Below, in pieces: positions 17,895-31,619 of a stretch of 64,000 nt of DNA. Both the position numbers and the translations under genes were made by a program. Numbering within the stretch: the stretch's first letter is position 1; the number at the start of each line of letters is the position of its first letter. The notes under the pieces are model-generated. The model did no database searches, was not told where the DNA came from, and worked only from the letters and a program-made list of their open reading frames with translations. The stretch comes from an uncultured bacterium (GTDB taxonomy: Bacteria > Pseudomonadota > Gammaproteobacteria > Burkholderiales > SG8-39), in the NCBI GenBank assembly GCA_965233185.1, contig CBDDSA010000199.1, forward strand, positions 595-64,594, written 5' to 3'.

Positions 17895-18751
17895 TACTTT
17901 TTCGGGTGTCGTCCGACCCAGTCGCGCGCAAACTGATAGGCGACGCGGCCGCTGCGCGAGCCTTTTTGCAGAGCCCACTGCAGCGCTTCATCCCTGGTCT
18001 GCCCATTGAAGCCGGCGCCGAAGTGCCTCAGCCACTGTCCGACGATGTCCAGGAACTCGTCCTGGTCGAATGGGTAGAAAGTGACCCACAAGCCGAAGCG
18101 CTCGGAAAGTGAGATTTTCTCTTCGACGGTTTCCCCGGGGTGGATTTCCTCTCCCACGTAGCGGGTTTCGAGGTTTTCCGCCATGTACTCCGGCATCAGG
18201 TGGCGGCGGTTGGACGTCGCATAGATAAGCAGATTGTCCGACGTCGTGGATATGGAGCCATCGAGCGCCACTTTGAGCGCGATGTGGCCGTCTTCTGCGC
18301 CATGGAATGTCAGGTCGTCGCAGAAAAGCACGAAGCGCTCCTTCCGCGCCGCCACCTGGTCGACGATGTACGGCAGATCGGCCAGGTCGTTCTTCTCCAC
18401 TTCGATCAGCCGCAAACCATGCTTTGCATACTTGTTCAACAGCCCCTTGACGATCGAAGACTTGCCCGTGCCGCGCGCGCCCGTGAGCAGGACGTTGTTG
18501 GCCGGGTCTCCGTCCATGAACTGGCGTGTGTTCTGCTCTACCTTCGATATCTGCGCATCGATGCCGCGCAGATCGGATAGCTCGATGCGATGAACGTGCC
18601 GCACAGGCTGTAGCCAGCCCGGACTGGCGGCGGCCCGGCGGCCGGTGCTGCGCCAGCGAAAGGCAATGCTGGCGTCCCAGTCCGTCTTGGGCGGAGGCGG
18701 CGGCAGCAGCTGATCCAGCCGCTCCAGCAGTTTGTCGAGGTCGCTGCTCAT
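17894..18751 (-). CDS. DUF815-type AAA/P-loop ATPase
   Basis: ATG at 18751 ([16 protein letters not shown]...). The Walker A is [12 protein letters not shown] and the Walker B-like motif is FVLFCDDL. It is coupled to argJ (ATGA) and to the Nudix gene (TAATG). Confidence 0.8.
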   Translation of the reverse strand: MSSDLDKLLERLDQLLPPPPPKTDWDASIAFRWRSTGRRAAASPGWLQPVRHVHRIELSDLRGIDAQISKVEQNTRQFMDGDPANNVLLTGARGTGKSSIVKGLLNKYAKHGLRLIEVEKNDLADLPYIVDQVAARKERFVLFCDDLTFHGAEDGHIALKVALDGSISTTSDNLLIYATSNRRHLMPEYMAENLETRYVGEEIHPGETVEEKISLSERFGLWVTFYPFDQDEFLDIVGQWLRHFGAGFNGQTRDEALQWALQKGSRSGRVAYQFARDWVGRHPKK

Positions 18752-19950
18752 GTGCGGTATTCGGCGTTGATTTTCACGTAGTCGAAAGACAAGTCGCAAG
18801 TCCACACGGTGGCCTGCGCCTTGCCTCGGTTCAAATGTGTACGCACCGTAAATTCGGGTTTGGCCATCGCGGCGCTGCCCAGCTCGTCGCGGTACGCCGG
18901 GTTGCGGCCGCCGTGCTTCACCACAAGCACCTCGTCTATCCACAGGTGAACCTTGGCGCTGTCCAGGGCGATGCCCGAATAGCCAATGGCGGCGAGGATC
19001 CTTCCCAGGTTGGGATCGGAGGCGAAGAACGCCGTTTTCACCAGGGGAGAATGCGCAATGGCGTAGGCCACCCGCCGACATTCGGCGCCGTTGCGCCCAC
19101 CCTCCACCTTTATCGTAACGAACTTGGTGGCGCCCTCTGCATCGCGGACGATTGCCTGGGCAAGCCGGCACGCCACCTCAGTGACTGCCTCCTCGAGCCG
19201 CCTGAGGTCTCGTGCATGGAGTGCAGCCGGACCGGCTCCGGTGGCGATCAGCATGAAGGCGTCGTTGGTCGACGTATCACCATCGACGGTAATGCAGTTG
19301 AACGAGCGCGCCGCTACGCGCCGGACGAGGGCGTTCAGCGCGCGGCTGGTCACGCGCGCATCGGTGGCGATGAACGCGAGCATGGTCGCCATATCGGGCT
19401 TGATCATTCCGGCGCCCTTGGCGATGCCCGTGATGGTTGCCTCGCCTCCAGACAGCCGTACTTTCGTTGAAGCCGCCTTGGCTACCGTATCGGTGGTCAT
19501 GATGGCCTCGGCGGCGGAGCGCCAATCCGCTTCGTCCCTCAGAGCGCTCGGCAGGCCGGCAAGGATCCGGTCCACAGGCAGTGGCTCCATGATGACGCCG
19601 GTGGAAAAAGGCAATACCTGCGTCGGCTTGCAGCCGATCTGGGCGGCAACGGCCTCGCACACCTGCATGGCCCGGTTTAGGCCGTCCTGCCCCGTGCCGG
19701 CATTCGCATTGCCGGTATTGACCACCATGGCGCGCGCGCCGCTCCTTAGGTGCTTGCGTGCGAGAAGGACAGGCGCGGCGCAAAAGCGGTTCTTCGTGAA
19801 GACGCCGGCAACGGCGGCGCCCCGGACAAGACGCAGCACCAGCAAGTCCTTGCGCTGCGCCTTGCGAATTCCCGCCATGGCCACCCCCATGTCGACACCG
19901 GCGACGCGGTAAAGCAAAGCCGGGTCTGGTGGCGGCAGATTCACCGCCAT
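18748..19950 (-). CDS. argJ: Bifunctional glutamate N-acetyltransferase / amino-acid acetyltransferase
   Basis: 400 aa. The autoprocessing site context is [15 protein letters not shown], and the similarity to ArgJ is full-length. Confidence 0.94.
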   Translation of the reverse strand: MAVNLPPPDPALLYRVAGVDMGVAMAGIRKAQRKDLLVLRLVRGAAVAGVFTKNRFCAAPVLLARKHLRSGARAMVVNTGNANAGTGQDGLNRAMQVCEAVAAQIGCKPTQVLPFSTGVIMEPLPVDRILAGLPSALRDEADWRSAAEAIMTTDTVAKAASTKVRLSGGEATITGIAKGAGMIKPDMATMLAFIATDARVTSRALNALVRRVAARSFNCITVDGDTSTNDAFMLIATGAGPAALHARDLRRLEEAVTEVACRLAQAIVRDAEGATKFVTIKVEGGRNGAECRRVAYAIAHSPLVKTAFFASDPNLGRILAAIGYSGIALDSAKVHLWIDEVLVVKHGGRNPAYRDELGSAAMAKPEFTVRTHLNRGKAQATVWTCDLSFDYVKINAEYRT

Positions 19951-19951
19951 T

Positions 19952-22678
19952 TCAGCTCAGCTTGCCGTGGCAGTGCTTGTATTTCTTGCCCGACCCGCAT
20001 GGACACGGGTCGTTTCGCCCCACTTTTTGCGCGACCCGAACAGCGGGCCTCTTCTTGGTGGCCGCTTCGGCGAGCGCGATATCACCGTTGCCGTCGACGC
20101 TCGCCTCTTCATAACCGCCGTGCTGCAGTCGCACGTTGTCGACGTGAGGCTTGTCGTCGATCTCCGGCGGCCGTTCGCCGTATTGCACGTTCGTGAGGGT
20201 CCTTACGATCTCCAGCTTGACTGATTCCACCATGGTGCCGAACAGCTCGAACGCCTCGCGCTTGTACTCCTGCTTGGGATTCTTCTGCGCATAACCGCGC
20301 AGGTGGATGCCCTGGCGCAGGTGATCCAGCGCGGCAAGATGCTCCCGCCAGTGCCCGTCCAGGATCTGCAGCATGATGTAGCGCTCGGCGTGGTGCACCC
20401 GGTCTTCCATGCCCGCCGGCACTTTCGCCCGGTAAGCGTCATGCGCCGCTTGGGTAATGCGCTCGAGCACTGCCTCCTCCGACACTCCCGAGTCGCTTTC
20501 GAGCCATTGGCGAACCGGCAACTCCAAAGACAGCTCCGCCTTAAGCGCGGTTTCCAGCCCGGGAACATCCCATTGCTCTTCTACGCTTTCCTCGGGCACG
20601 TAGGTGCGGAACAGGTCCGACACCACCCCGACGCGCAAATCGGCAATGCGCCCCGAGACGTCGCTGGATTCGAGCAGCTCGTTGCGCAGGGCATAGATCG
20701 TCTTGCGCTGGTCATTGGCGACATCGTCGTATTCCAGCAGCTGCTTGCGCATGTCGAAGTTCCTGGCTTCGACTTTGCGCTGCGCGCTCTCGATGGATCG
20801 AGTCACCATGCCGTGCTCGATGGCCTCGCCCTCCGGCATCTTCAGCATGACCATGATGCGGTTGATACGGTCGCCGGCAAAGATCCGCAGCAACGGGTCT
20901 TCCAGCGCCATGTAGAAGCGCGAGCTTCCCGGATCTCCCTGGCGGCCGGACCGGCCCCGCAGCTGGTTGTCGACGCGCCGGGACTCGTGCCGCTCGGTGC
21001 CGATGATGTGCAGACCGCCGGCACTGACCACCTGATCGTGCAGCTGCTGCCATTCGCCGCGCAGCTTCTCGATGCGGGCTTTCTTCTCTTCGGCGGGAAT
21101 CTCCTCGCTCGCTTCAACCAGGTCGCACTGCTTCTCGACGTTGCCGCCCAGCACGATGTCCGTGCCCCGGCCAGCCATGTTGGTGGCGATGGTGATCATC
21201 CCGGGACGCCCTGCCTGCGCCACGATCTCCGCCTCGCGAGCGTGCTGCTTGGCGTTGAGAACCTGATGCGCCATGCCTTCCTTGGCGAGCATGCCGGAAA
21301 TGAGCTCGGAGTTTTCGATCGACGTAGTGCCAACCAGCACCGGCTGCCCTCTCGTCTGGCAATCCTTGATGTCCTTGATGACCGCCTGGTACTTTTCCTT
21401 GGCCGTGCGGTAAACCTGGTCGAGGCGGTCGGCACGGATCATCGGCTTATGGGTGGGCACAACCACCACCTCCAGGCCGTAAATCTGCTGGAACTCGTAG
21501 GCTTCCGTATCCGCCGTTCCGGTCATGCCGGCCAGCTTGCCGTACATGCGGAAGTAGTTCTGGAAAGTGATGGACGCGAGGGTCTGGTTCTCGTGCTGGA
21601 TAGCCACCTTTTCCTTGGCTTCGACCGCCTGGTGCAGGCCGTCGGACCAGCGCCGACCTTGCATGAGCCGCCCGGTGAACTCATCCACGATGATGACTTC
21701 GTCGCCTTGCACCACGTAATGCTGATCGCGGTGGAATAGATGATGCGCGCGCAGCGCGGCGTATAGCTGGTGAACAAGGTTGATGTATGCGGGCTCGTAC
21801 AGGCTGGCGCCCGGCGGCAGCATGCCTACGCGGGCGAGGATCTCCTCCGCATGCTGATGGCCCGACTCGGACAGCACGATCTGGTGATTCTTTTCGTCCA
21901 CCCAGAAATCGCCATGGGCCTTTTCGTCTGCCTGCCGGCTGAGAAGCGGCGCGACCTCGTTCATCCGTTGGTAGATCTCCGTGCGGTCCTCCGCCTGACC
22001 CGAGATGATGAGCGGCGTGCGCGCTTCGTCGATCAGGATGGAGTCGACCTCGTCGACTATGGCGTAGGCAAGCCCGCGCTGAAAGCGGTCTTCCACGTGC
22101 ATCGCCATGTTGTCGCGCAGGTAATCGAAGCCGAATTCGTTATTCGTGCCGTACGTAATGTCGGCCGCGTAGGCGCGGCGCTTGTCGTCGGGCTCCATGT
22201 GAGGCAGGTTCACACCGACTGTCAGACCCAGGAACCGGTAGATCTTGCCCATCCACTCGGCGTCGCGATTCGCCAGGTAGTCGTTGACGGTGACGATGTG
22301 TACGCTCTTGCCGGTCAGTGCGTTGAGGTAAGCCGGTAGCGTGGCGACCAGCGTCTTGCCTTCGCCGGTTTTCATCTCCGCGATCTTGCCGTAGTGCAGC
22401 ACCATGCCGCCCAGCAGCTGGACATCGAAGTGACGCATGCGTAAAGCGCGCTTGGCTGCTTCGCGCACCACCGCAAACGCTTCCGGGAGCAGCTCGTCCA
22501 ATGTGGCGCCGTCGGCGCATCGCCTTTTCAGCTCATCGGTCTTGCCGCGCAGTTCCGTATCGGTAAGCGCCGCCAATCCGGGCTCGAGCGCGTTGATTTC
22601 GGCAACCGTGCGCGAATACTGCTTGAGCAGGCGGTCATTGCGGCTGCCGAAAATCTTGGTGAGAACGTTGGCGATCAT
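19952..22678 (-). CDS. secA: Preprotein translocase ATPase SecA
   Basis: ORF 19952..23095 trimmed to the ATG at 22678 ([21 protein letters not shown]...). The C-terminal zinc finger is [14 protein letters not shown]. Confidence 0.97.
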   Translation of the reverse strand: MIANVLTKIFGSRNDRLLKQYSRTVAEINALEPGLAALTDTELRGKTDELKRRCADGATLDELLPEAFAVVREAAKRALRMRHFDVQLLGGMVLHYGKIAEMKTGEGKTLVATLPAYLNALTGKSVHIVTVNDYLANRDAEWMGKIYRFLGLTVGVNLPHMEPDDKRRAYAADITYGTNNEFGFDYLRDNMAMHVEDRFQRGLAYAIVDEVDSILIDEARTPLIISGQAEDRTEIYQRMNEVAPLLSRQADEKAHGDFWVDEKNHQIVLSESGHQHAEEILARVGMLPPGASLYEPAYINLVHQLYAALRAHHLFHRDQHYVVQGDEVIIVDEFTGRLMQGRRWSDGLHQAVEAKEKVAIQHENQTLASITFQNYFRMYGKLAGMTGTADTEAYEFQQIYGLEVVVVPTHKPMIRADRLDQVYRTAKEKYQAVIKDIKDCQTRGQPVLVGTTSIENSELISGMLAKEGMAHQVLNAKQHAREAEIVAQAGRPGMITIATNMAGRGTDIVLGGNVEKQCDLVEASEEIPAEEKKARIEKLRGEWQQLHDQVVSAGGLHIIGTERHESRRVDNQLRGRSGRQGDPGSSRFYMALEDPLLRIFAGDRINRIMVMLKMPEGEAIEHGMVTRSIESAQRKVEARNFDMRKQLLEYDDVANDQRKTIYALRNELLESSDVSGRIADLRVGVVSDLFRTYVPEESVEEQWDVPGLETALKAELSLELPVRQWLESDSGVSEEAVLERITQAAHDAYRAKVPAGMEDRVHHAERYIMLQILDGHWREHLAALDHLRQGIHLRGYAQKNPKQEYKREAFELFGTMVESVKLEIVRTLTNVQYGERPPEIDDKPHVDNVRLQHGGYEEASVDGNGDIALAEAATKKRPAVRVAQKVGRNDPCPCGSGKKYKHCHGKLS

Positions 22679-22755
22679 CGAAGGGCATGCGGACGGGACA
22701 CGCCACGCCGCAGGTGCCTGGAAAACCGGTGATTTTACTGTGAAACCGGGACTGC

Positions 22756-23697
22756 TTACTTGGTTCGCGCCGCCGACTGGGACTTGGACACCAGGAACTT
22801 GGAGGGGTTCTGCGCCGCCCCGCGGTAGCGGACCTCGAAGTGCAGGTGGGGGCCGGTGGAGCGGCCGGTGGAGCCTACCTCGCCGAGCTTGCGGCCGCGC
22901 TGCACGACTTCGCCTTCCTTTACGAACAGCTTCGACTGATGGGCGTAGCGTGTGACCAGGTCGTTGCCATGATCGATGTCCACCATGTAGCCGTATTGCG
23001 GATGAAAGCCGGCGTACACGACCACACCGTCGGCAGCGGCAACGATGGGCGATCCTTTCTCGGCAAGGAAGTCTATGCCCTCGTGCATCGCCCATTGCCC
23101 GGTGAACGGGTCGACCCGGCGGCCGAAAGCCGAGGCGTTGTACGGTGCGCTGACCGGCATCATGGTCGGGATCAGCTTTTTCTTGACCGCCTGCTCGAAA
23201 AGCTGTGCTTCCAGCACCCCCAGCAGGTCGTTGCGGGTCTCGACGTCACGCGCCAGCGTAGAAAGCTTGTTGCTGAAGTCGGCGAGCGAGAGGTTCTGGG
23301 GCGGCAGCAGCGTCGGTGCCGGGCCGCCCAGGCCGGGGGCCTCGGAAAAGCGGAAATCCTGCGGCCTGAACCCGGCCAGCGACGATAGCCGCTCGCCCAG
23401 CGCATCCAGCCGTGTCAACTGGGCCTGCATCTCGCCCAGCTTGACCGCCATGGCGTTGAGGTTTTCCTGCACGAACGCGCGGCCACGCTCGGCTTCCGCT
23501 TCGTTCGCTTGTAGCACCATCCGCTGCAGCACCGGGATGCGCAGCTCGGCGGCATGGCGCAGCGTTACCCAATACAGGCCTGCTGTGCCTGCGCACACGA
23601 GGGTCATGGCGACGAACGCCGCACCCACGAGGTGGCGCAAAGTCAGCGTGACGGGCCTCGCCCTGGCCAGCCTGCCTGAGATCAGGATAATCTGCAC
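22756..23697 (-). CDS. M23 family metallopeptidase (murein endopeptidase-like)
   Basis: The GTG at 23697 is preceded by GGAGGTAAGG. There is an N-terminal TM segment, a coiled region, then the HEGIDF...HLHFEV zinc motifs. Confidence 0.88.
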   Translation of the reverse strand: MQIILISGRLARARPVTLTLRHLVGAAFVAMTLVCAGTAGLYWVTLRHAAELRIPVLQRMVLQANEAEAERGRAFVQENLNAMAVKLGEMQAQLTRLDALGERLSSLAGFRPQDFRFSEAPGLGGPAPTLLPPQNLSLADFSNKLSTLARDVETRNDLLGVLEAQLFEQAVKKKLIPTMMPVSAPYNASAFGRRVDPFTGQWAMHEGIDFLAEKGSPIVAAADGVVVYAGFHPQYGYMVDIDHGNDLVTRYAHQSKLFVKEGEVVQRGRKLGEVGSTGRSTGPHLHFEVRYRGAAQNPSKFLVSKSQSAARTK

Positions 23698-23722
23698 AAC
23701 CCTTACCTCCCGTTCGGTACCC

Positions 23723-24220
23723 GTGCGACTTGCAAAGCTCGACCGCATTCTGTCGACCGAAGGCCAGCTGCAACCGATGCTGGCCAAAGCACGCGATATT
23801 CGCGTGCTCGCCGGACTTGTCGATGGCTTTCTGTCTCCGGACCTGGCCCGTCAGGCTCGGGTGGCGAACTTCAGGGAGGGGGAGCTGGTGCTGCTCGCCG
23901 CCCACTCAGCGGCAGCGGCGAAACTTCGGTTACTGGCCCCTTCCCTGAGCCGTTTCTTATCCCATCGGCGCTGGCAGGTTAGTTCAGTTTCCGTGAGGGT
24001 GCAACCAAACGCGTCACACATTGTTGCGGCGCGAAAAAGCGCGCAATTCTCCACACGTACGATCGATTCTTTGATCAAACTTCATGAGGAAATGAGGCCT
24101 TCGCCTGCTCGCGCAGCGCTGGCTGCACTGCTCGCCCGGCGGGGCGTCATGCCTGACGCCAAAGCGCCTCTGCAGAAAAAAGCAGCAGCACGAACGCCGA
24201 AGCGAAAACCGCGTACTTGA
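23723..24220 (+). CDS. DUF721 (DciA-like) protein
   Basis: It is divergent from the M23/secA genes and adjacent to lpxC, as is typical in Betaproteobacteria. Sequence: ...ARVANFREGELVLLAAHSAAAAKLRLLAPSL.... The start is uncertain: GTG 23723 or ATG 23777. Confidence 0.65.
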   Translation: MRLAKLDRILSTEGQLQPMLAKARDIRVLAGLVDGFLSPDLARQARVANFREGELVLLAAHSAAAAKLRLLAPSLSRFLSHRRWQVSSVSVRVQPNASHIVAARKSAQFSTRTIDSLIKLHEEMRPSPARAALAALLARRGVMPDAKAPLQKKAAARTPKRKPRT

Positions 24221-24335
24221 AGATCAACCAGCCACGTCGCAACCAGCGCCGCTCCTGCGTCAGCAGCCAGGCCACCATGCAGAATGCCAGCGCCACTACG
24301 ACGGCCAGGCCGGCAACGCGTAACGCCGTCAGCAC
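24147..24335 (-). CDS. Small two-TM membrane protein (hypothetical)
   Basis: 62 aa. The GTG start lies immediately after the lpxC TAG. Two hydrophobic helices are separated by the positively charged loop QERRWLRRG. The 3' 74 nt overlap the DUF721 gene convergently. Confidence 0.45.
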   Translation of the reverse strand: MLTALRVAGLAVVVALAFCMVAWLLTQERRWLRRGWLIFKYAVFASAFVLLLFSAEALWRQA

Positions 24336-25250
24336 CTAGCCGTACTGGGCCGCGAGACGCGCAACGCCGATCGGGGTCTCCTCGGCGCGCTCGAACACCA
24401 CCATCTCCAAAGCCGCCGCGTCGGCCAGCGCCGCGCGCAGCAGGCGGTTGTTCAAAGCATGACCGGATTTGTGCGCGGTGAACGCTCCCAGCAACGGATG
24501 ACCAAGCAGATAGAGATCGCCGATGGCGTCGAGCAGCTTGTGGCGGATGAACTCATCCGCAAACCGCAAGCCTTCGCTGTTGAGCACGCGGTATTCGTCA
24601 AGCACGACCGCATTGTCCAACCCTCCGCCCAAAGCGAGGCCGCTGTCCCGCAAATCCTCCACCTCGTGCATGAAGCCGAAGGTCCGCGCGCGGGCAATCT
24701 CCTTCAGGTAGGACGTCTCCGCAAAATCGACCGTGACCGCCTGTGTGCTGCGCTCAATGACGGGGTGGCGAAATTCGATGGAAAAAGACAGTCGGTAACC
24801 TTCATAGGGTTCGAAGCGCGCCCATTTGTCGCCGTCCTTCACCTCGACGCGACGCGTCACACGCAAGAATTTCTTTGGCGCCGCCTGTTCCTGGATGCCC
24901 GCCTGCTGGATAAGCAGTACGAATGGCGATGCGCTCCCGTCCATGATCGGCAGCTCCGGCGCATCTATGTCGACATAAGCATTGTCCACACCCAGCCCGC
25001 CAAGCGCGGACATCAGGTGTTCGACGGTATGGATCTTCACGTCTCCCTTGATAAGGGTGGAAGCAAGGCGCGCTTCGCCGACCAGTTCTGCCCGCGCCGG
25101 AACGTCGACGGGCACCGGCAGGTCCACGCGGCGGAAAACGATGCCGGTGTCCACAGGCGCAGGCCGCAGCGTGATACGGACTTTCTGGCCGGTATGCAGG
25201 CCGACGCCGGAGGCGCTGACCAGCGACTTGAGAGTGCGTTGCCGGAGCAT
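24336..25250 (-). CDS. lpxC: UDP-3-O-acyl-N-acetylglucosamine deacetylase
   Basis: 304 aa, [24 protein letters not shown]...HTVEHL...HKSGHALN. Confidence 0.97.
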   Translation of the reverse strand: MLRQRTLKSLVSASGVGLHTGQKVRITLRPAPVDTGIVFRRVDLPVPVDVPARAELVGEARLASTLIKGDVKIHTVEHLMSALGGLGVDNAYVDIDAPELPIMDGSASPFVLLIQQAGIQEQAAPKKFLRVTRRVEVKDGDKWARFEPYEGYRLSFSIEFRHPVIERSTQAVTVDFAETSYLKEIARARTFGFMHEVEDLRDSGLALGGGLDNAVVLDEYRVLNSEGLRFADEFIRHKLLDAIGDLYLLGHPLLGAFTAHKSGHALNNRLLRAALADAAALEMVVFERAEETPIGVARLAAQYG

Positions 25251-25326
25251 GATAAGTGCTTGTCTGAGCGGCGATTCTACCCTAGCGGGGGTCGAGGCGT
25301 TGCTGTACTTCGTTCATCGCAAGGAC

Positions 25327-25354
25327 GCGGCGCGCCGGCAAGGAGGCGCGCCGC
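25327..25354 (-). other. Stable GC hairpin between ftsZ and lpxC (possible partial terminator or RNA stabiliser)
   Basis: The 10-bp perfect stem GCGGCGCGCC / GGCGCGCCGC (25327-36 / 25345-54) has an 8-nt loop and starts 10 nt after the ftsZ stop. There is no U-tract. A TAGAAT hexamer (25279..25274, minus strand) follows, upstream of lpxC. Confidence 0.4.
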
Positions 25355-25363
25355 GCCTATTCC

Positions 25364-26515
25364 TCAGTCCGCCTGCTTGCGCAGGAACGCCGGGATGTCG
25401 TACTTGTCGACGCCCGATTGCTGCAAGGCCTCGACCGTCGAGGCGCGGTTGCGCCGGATGACCGCCGGGGCGTCCAGCTGGTGGTAGTCGACCGGGCCGG
25501 GCAGGTTGTCGGTGCCGGTTTTCTGCGACACGACGAGCTGCGGCTTCGGCTGCCGGGCAGCTGCGGCCATGCCCAGCCCCGTGGCCACCACCGTGACGCG
25601 GAGGTCGTCGGCAAGCGCATCGTCGTAGACGCCGCCGTAAATGATGGTCGCGTCTTCCGCCGCGAATGTACGCACGATATTCATCACCTCCTTGGTCTCG
25701 CGCAGCTTCAAGCTGGCCTTGGAAGCGGTGATGTTCACCAGCACGCCGCGCGCCCCGGCGAGGTTCACTCCCTCGAGCAGCGGACAGGCGATGGCCTGCT
25801 CGGCGGCGATACGCGCGCGGTCTATGCCGCTGGCCTCTGCCGAACCCATCATCGCCATGCCCTGCTCCGACATCACGGTGCGCACGTCCTGGAAATCCAC
25901 GTTCACCAGGCCGGGATTGTTGATGATCTCGGCAATGCCGGCGACCGCGTTGTTCAGCACGTCATCCGCGGCGCGAAAGGCATCCTCCTGAGTGACGTCC
26001 TCGCCCAGGACTTCCTCGAGCTTGTCGTTGAGGATCACGATCAGCGAATCGACGTGCGGCCCGAGCTCTTCGATGCCGGTCTCGGCGATCTTCATCCGCT
26101 TGGAGCCCTCGAAAGTGAACGGCTTGGTTACCACAGCGACCGTGAGGATGCCCAGCGAGCGCGCGACTTCCGCGATGACCGGCGCGGCGCCCGTGCCCGT
26201 GCCTCCGCCCATGCCGGCCGTAATGAAGACCATATGTGCGCCCGCCACGGCCTCCTCGATGCGGTCGCGGTCGGCGAGCGCTACTGTGCGCGCTTCCTCC
26301 GGCTTGGCGCCCGCCCCCAGCCCGCTCGAGCCCAGCTGGATCTGATTACGCGCCTTGTTGCGCGACAGGACCTGTGCGTCGGTGTTCACGGCGATGAAAT
26401 CCACCCCCTGCACGCCCTGGTCAATCATGTGGTTGACGGCGTTGCCACCCGCGCCGCCCACGCCGATCACTTTTATGATCGGTCCGGACACCTGGCTATC
26501 TACGATTTCGAACAT
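25364..26515 (-). CDS. ftsZ: Cell division GTPase FtsZ
   Basis: ATG at 26515 (MFEIVDSQVSGPIIKVIGVGGAGGNAVN...GGGTGTGA...). The conserved C-terminal peptide is DIPAFLRKQAD. Confidence 0.97.
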   Translation of the reverse strand: MFEIVDSQVSGPIIKVIGVGGAGGNAVNHMIDQGVQGVDFIAVNTDAQVLSRNKARNQIQLGSSGLGAGAKPEEARTVALADRDRIEEAVAGAHMVFITAGMGGGTGTGAAPVIAEVARSLGILTVAVVTKPFTFEGSKRMKIAETGIEELGPHVDSLIVILNDKLEEVLGEDVTQEDAFRAADDVLNNAVAGIAEIINNPGLVNVDFQDVRTVMSEQGMAMMGSAEASGIDRARIAAEQAIACPLLEGVNLAGARGVLVNITASKASLKLRETKEVMNIVRTFAAEDATIIYGGVYDDALADDLRVTVVATGLGMAAAARQPKPQLVVSQKTGTDNLPGPVDYHQLDAPAVIRRNRASTVEALQQSGVDKYDIPAFLRKQAD

Positions 26516-26532
26516 GCGTTTCTCCTTGCCGG

Positions 26533-27762
26533 TTAGAAATTGCGTTGAAACCACTCCCTCATGCGCGAGAGCACGGCCTTGACGGACCCGCTCTGGCGCG
26601 AAAGCTGCCCGTGCTGCACCTGGGACGCGCCCTCGAGCAAAAGACCCACCGCCGTGGCGTAGCGCGGATTGCGCACCACTTCGGCGAGTCCTCCCTGGTA
26701 CTTGGGTAAGCCCAGGCGCACCGGCATGTGGAAGATTTCCTCGCCCAGCTCCACCATGCCTTCCATCGTGGAAGAGCCGCCGGTCAGCACCACGCCGCTC
26801 GACAGCAGCTCCTCGAACCCCGATTCGCGCAGCACCTGCTGTACGAGCGAGAAAAGCTCCTCGGCCCGCGGCTCGATGACTTCGGCGAGCGTCTGGCGAG
26901 ACATGGTGCGTGGCGCGCGCTCGCCGATGCCGGGCACCTCGATCATCTGATTGGGGTCGGCGAGCTGCCGTAGCGCCACGCCATGGCGGGTCTTGATCGA
27001 CTCGGCGTCCGCGGTGGGCGTGCGCAAGGCCATGGCGATGTCGTTGGTGATCTGGTCACCGGCTATGGGAATCACCGCGGTGTGCCGTATGGCGCCATGG
27101 GTGAATATCGCGATGTCGGTCGTGCCTCCGCCGATATCCAGCAGGCACACGCCAAGATCCTTTTCGTCCTCGGAGAGCACCGCTCGGGAGGACGCGAGCG
27201 GCTGCAGGATGAGATCATTGACCTCGAGGCCGCAGCGACGCACGCACTTGATTATGTTCTGCGCCGCCGACACCGCCCCGGTGACGATGTGCACCTTTAC
27301 CTCCAGGCGCACTCCCGACATCCCGATCGGCTCGCGCACGTCCTCCTGGCCGTCGATGATGAACTCCTGGCGCAGCACGTGCAGGATTTGCTGATCCGTG
27401 GGAATGTTCACTGCCCGCGCGGTATCGATCGCCCGCTCGACATCCAGCGCACTCACCTCGCGGTCCTTGATCGCCACCATCCCGGTCGAGTTGAAGCTGC
27501 GGATGTGGCTGCCGGCGATGCCGACGAAGGCGGAGCCGATCTTGCAGTCGGCCATGAGCTCCGCTTCCTCGAGCGCGCGCTGAATGGCGGCCACGGTTGC
27601 CTCGATATTCACCACCACGCCCTTTTTCAGGCCCTTGGACTCGTGGCCGCCCATGCCCAGGATCTCGAGCGAGGCATCGGGGCGTAGCTCGGCCACCAGG
27701 CAGGCGACCTTGGAGGTGCCGATGTCGAGTGCCACGATGAGGTCTTTGTTCTCCCTGGCCAT
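26533..27762 (-). CDS. ftsA: Cell division protein FtsA
   Basis: 409 aa with an actin-like fold (VALDIGTSKV...DIGGGTTD...). Confidence 0.96.
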   Translation of the reverse strand: MARENKDLIVALDIGTSKVACLVAELRPDASLEILGMGGHESKGLKKGVVVNIEATVAAIQRALEEAELMADCKIGSAFVGIAGSHIRSFNSTGMVAIKDREVSALDVERAIDTARAVNIPTDQQILHVLRQEFIIDGQEDVREPIGMSGVRLEVKVHIVTGAVSAAQNIIKCVRRCGLEVNDLILQPLASSRAVLSEDEKDLGVCLLDIGGGTTDIAIFTHGAIRHTAVIPIAGDQITNDIAMALRTPTADAESIKTRHGVALRQLADPNQMIEVPGIGERAPRTMSRQTLAEVIEPRAEELFSLVQQVLRESGFEELLSSGVVLTGGSSTMEGMVELGEEIFHMPVRLGLPKYQGGLAEVVRNPRYATAVGLLLEGASQVQHGQLSRQSGSVKAVLSRMREWFQRNF

Positions 27763-27765
27763 CGC

Positions 27766-30242
<2,477 letters not shown>

Positions 30243-30246
<4 letters not shown>

Positions 30247-31619
30247 ATGAGCTGCGCAGGCACGTTGCCGATCGAGCCTGCGCCCATCGTCAGCACCACG
30301 TCGCGGTCCAGCGCGACGCGGCGGATGGCCTCCGGCATCTCGGCGATGTCCTCGACGAACACCGGCTCCACGGAGCCGGCCACGCGCACGGCGCGCGCAA
30401 GGGAGCGCCCATCGGCGGCGACGATGGGCGCTTCGCCGGCGGCATAAACCTCGGCCAGGAGCAGCGCGTCGGCCGTCGACAGGACCTTCACGAAGTCTTC
30501 GAACAGATCCCGGGTACGGGAGTAGCGATGCGGCTGGAAGGCGAGCACGATGCGCCGCCCGGCGAAGGCACCGCGCGCCGCTTCGAGTGTGGCCGCCATT
30601 TCTGCAGGATGGTGGCCATAGTCGTCGACCAGCGTGAACCGGCCGCCGCCGGCGAGCGCGATATCACCGTAGCGCTGGAAGCGCCTGCCGACGCCGTGAA
30701 ACTCGGCCAGCGCCTTAAGGATCGCATCGTCCTTCACGCCCAGCTCCGTGGCAACCGCGATCGCGGCGAGCGCGTTGAGGACGTTGTGCTGACCGGGCAG
30801 ATTGAGCACCACGTCGAGCGGCGCGGCGTTCTCGCGGCGCGCGCGAAAGCGCATGCGGCCGCCGTCGTGGCGCACCGCCTCTGCCCGCACGAGCGCATCG
30901 CGGCCGGTGCCATAGGTGATGACCGGCTTGGTCACCGCCGTCACGATGTCCCGCACGCTGGAATCGTCCGTGCACAAGATTGCGCTGCCGTAGAAAGGCA
31001 GGTTCTGCAGGAACTGCACGAAGGCCTGCTTGAGCTTCTCGAAATCGTGGCCGTAGGTGCCCATGTGGTCGGCGTCGATGTTGGTGACCACGGCCATGAC
31101 CGGCTGCAGGTGCAGGAACGAGGCGTCGGACTCGTCCGCCTCCACCACGATGAAATCCCCGGCACCCAGCCGCGCGTTCGAGCCGGCGGCGATCAGGCGG
31201 CCGCCGATCACGAAGGTAGGATCCAGCCCGCCTTCGGCGAGCACGCTCGCCACCAGGCTGGTGGTGGTGGTCTTGCCGTGGGTTCCGGCAATGGCGATGC
31301 CCTGCTTCAGGCGCATCAGCTCGGCCAGCATCAAGGCCCGCGGTACCACCGGGATGCGCTGCTCGCGCGCCGCCACTACCTCTGCGTTGTCGGCCTGGAC
31401 GGCGGTGGACACCACCACGGCATCGGCGCGTTCCACCTGCCGCGCGTTGTGCTTGAGGAAGACCTGCGCACCCAGGCCGGCGAGCCGCCTGGTCGCGGCG
31501 TTCTCGGCCAGATCCGAGCCGCTGACCTGGTAGCCCAGGTTCACCAGCACTTCTGCAATGCCGCTCATGCCCGCGCCGCCGACGCCGACGAAGTGGATGC
31601 GGCGCACCTTGTGCTTCAT
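30243..31619 (-). CDS. murC: UDP-N-acetylmuramate--L-alanine ligase
   Basis: ATG at 31619 ([25 protein letters not shown]...GTHGKTTT...). Confidence 0.96.

Noticed and set aside
22690-22750. The direct repeat AAACCGG-n13-AAACCGG and a TAAAAT hexamer between the M23 peptidase and secA, considered as a secA promoter or regulatory leader.
   Set aside because: - There is no acceptable -35 element and no secM-like leader ORF.
- The repeat is short enough to be chance.
- It is noted here only for completeness.
22679-23095. Long N-terminal extensions in the ORF track. Examples are SecA +139 aa, TrmD +124 aa, MurC +106 aa, Ddl +127 aa, RibH +96 aa, PgpA +93 aa and AmrS +93 aa.
   Set aside because: - The extensions overlap the upstream gene and are compositionally shadow-like.
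- Conserved N-termini begin at internal ATG/GTG codons, often with ATGA coupling to the upstream stop.
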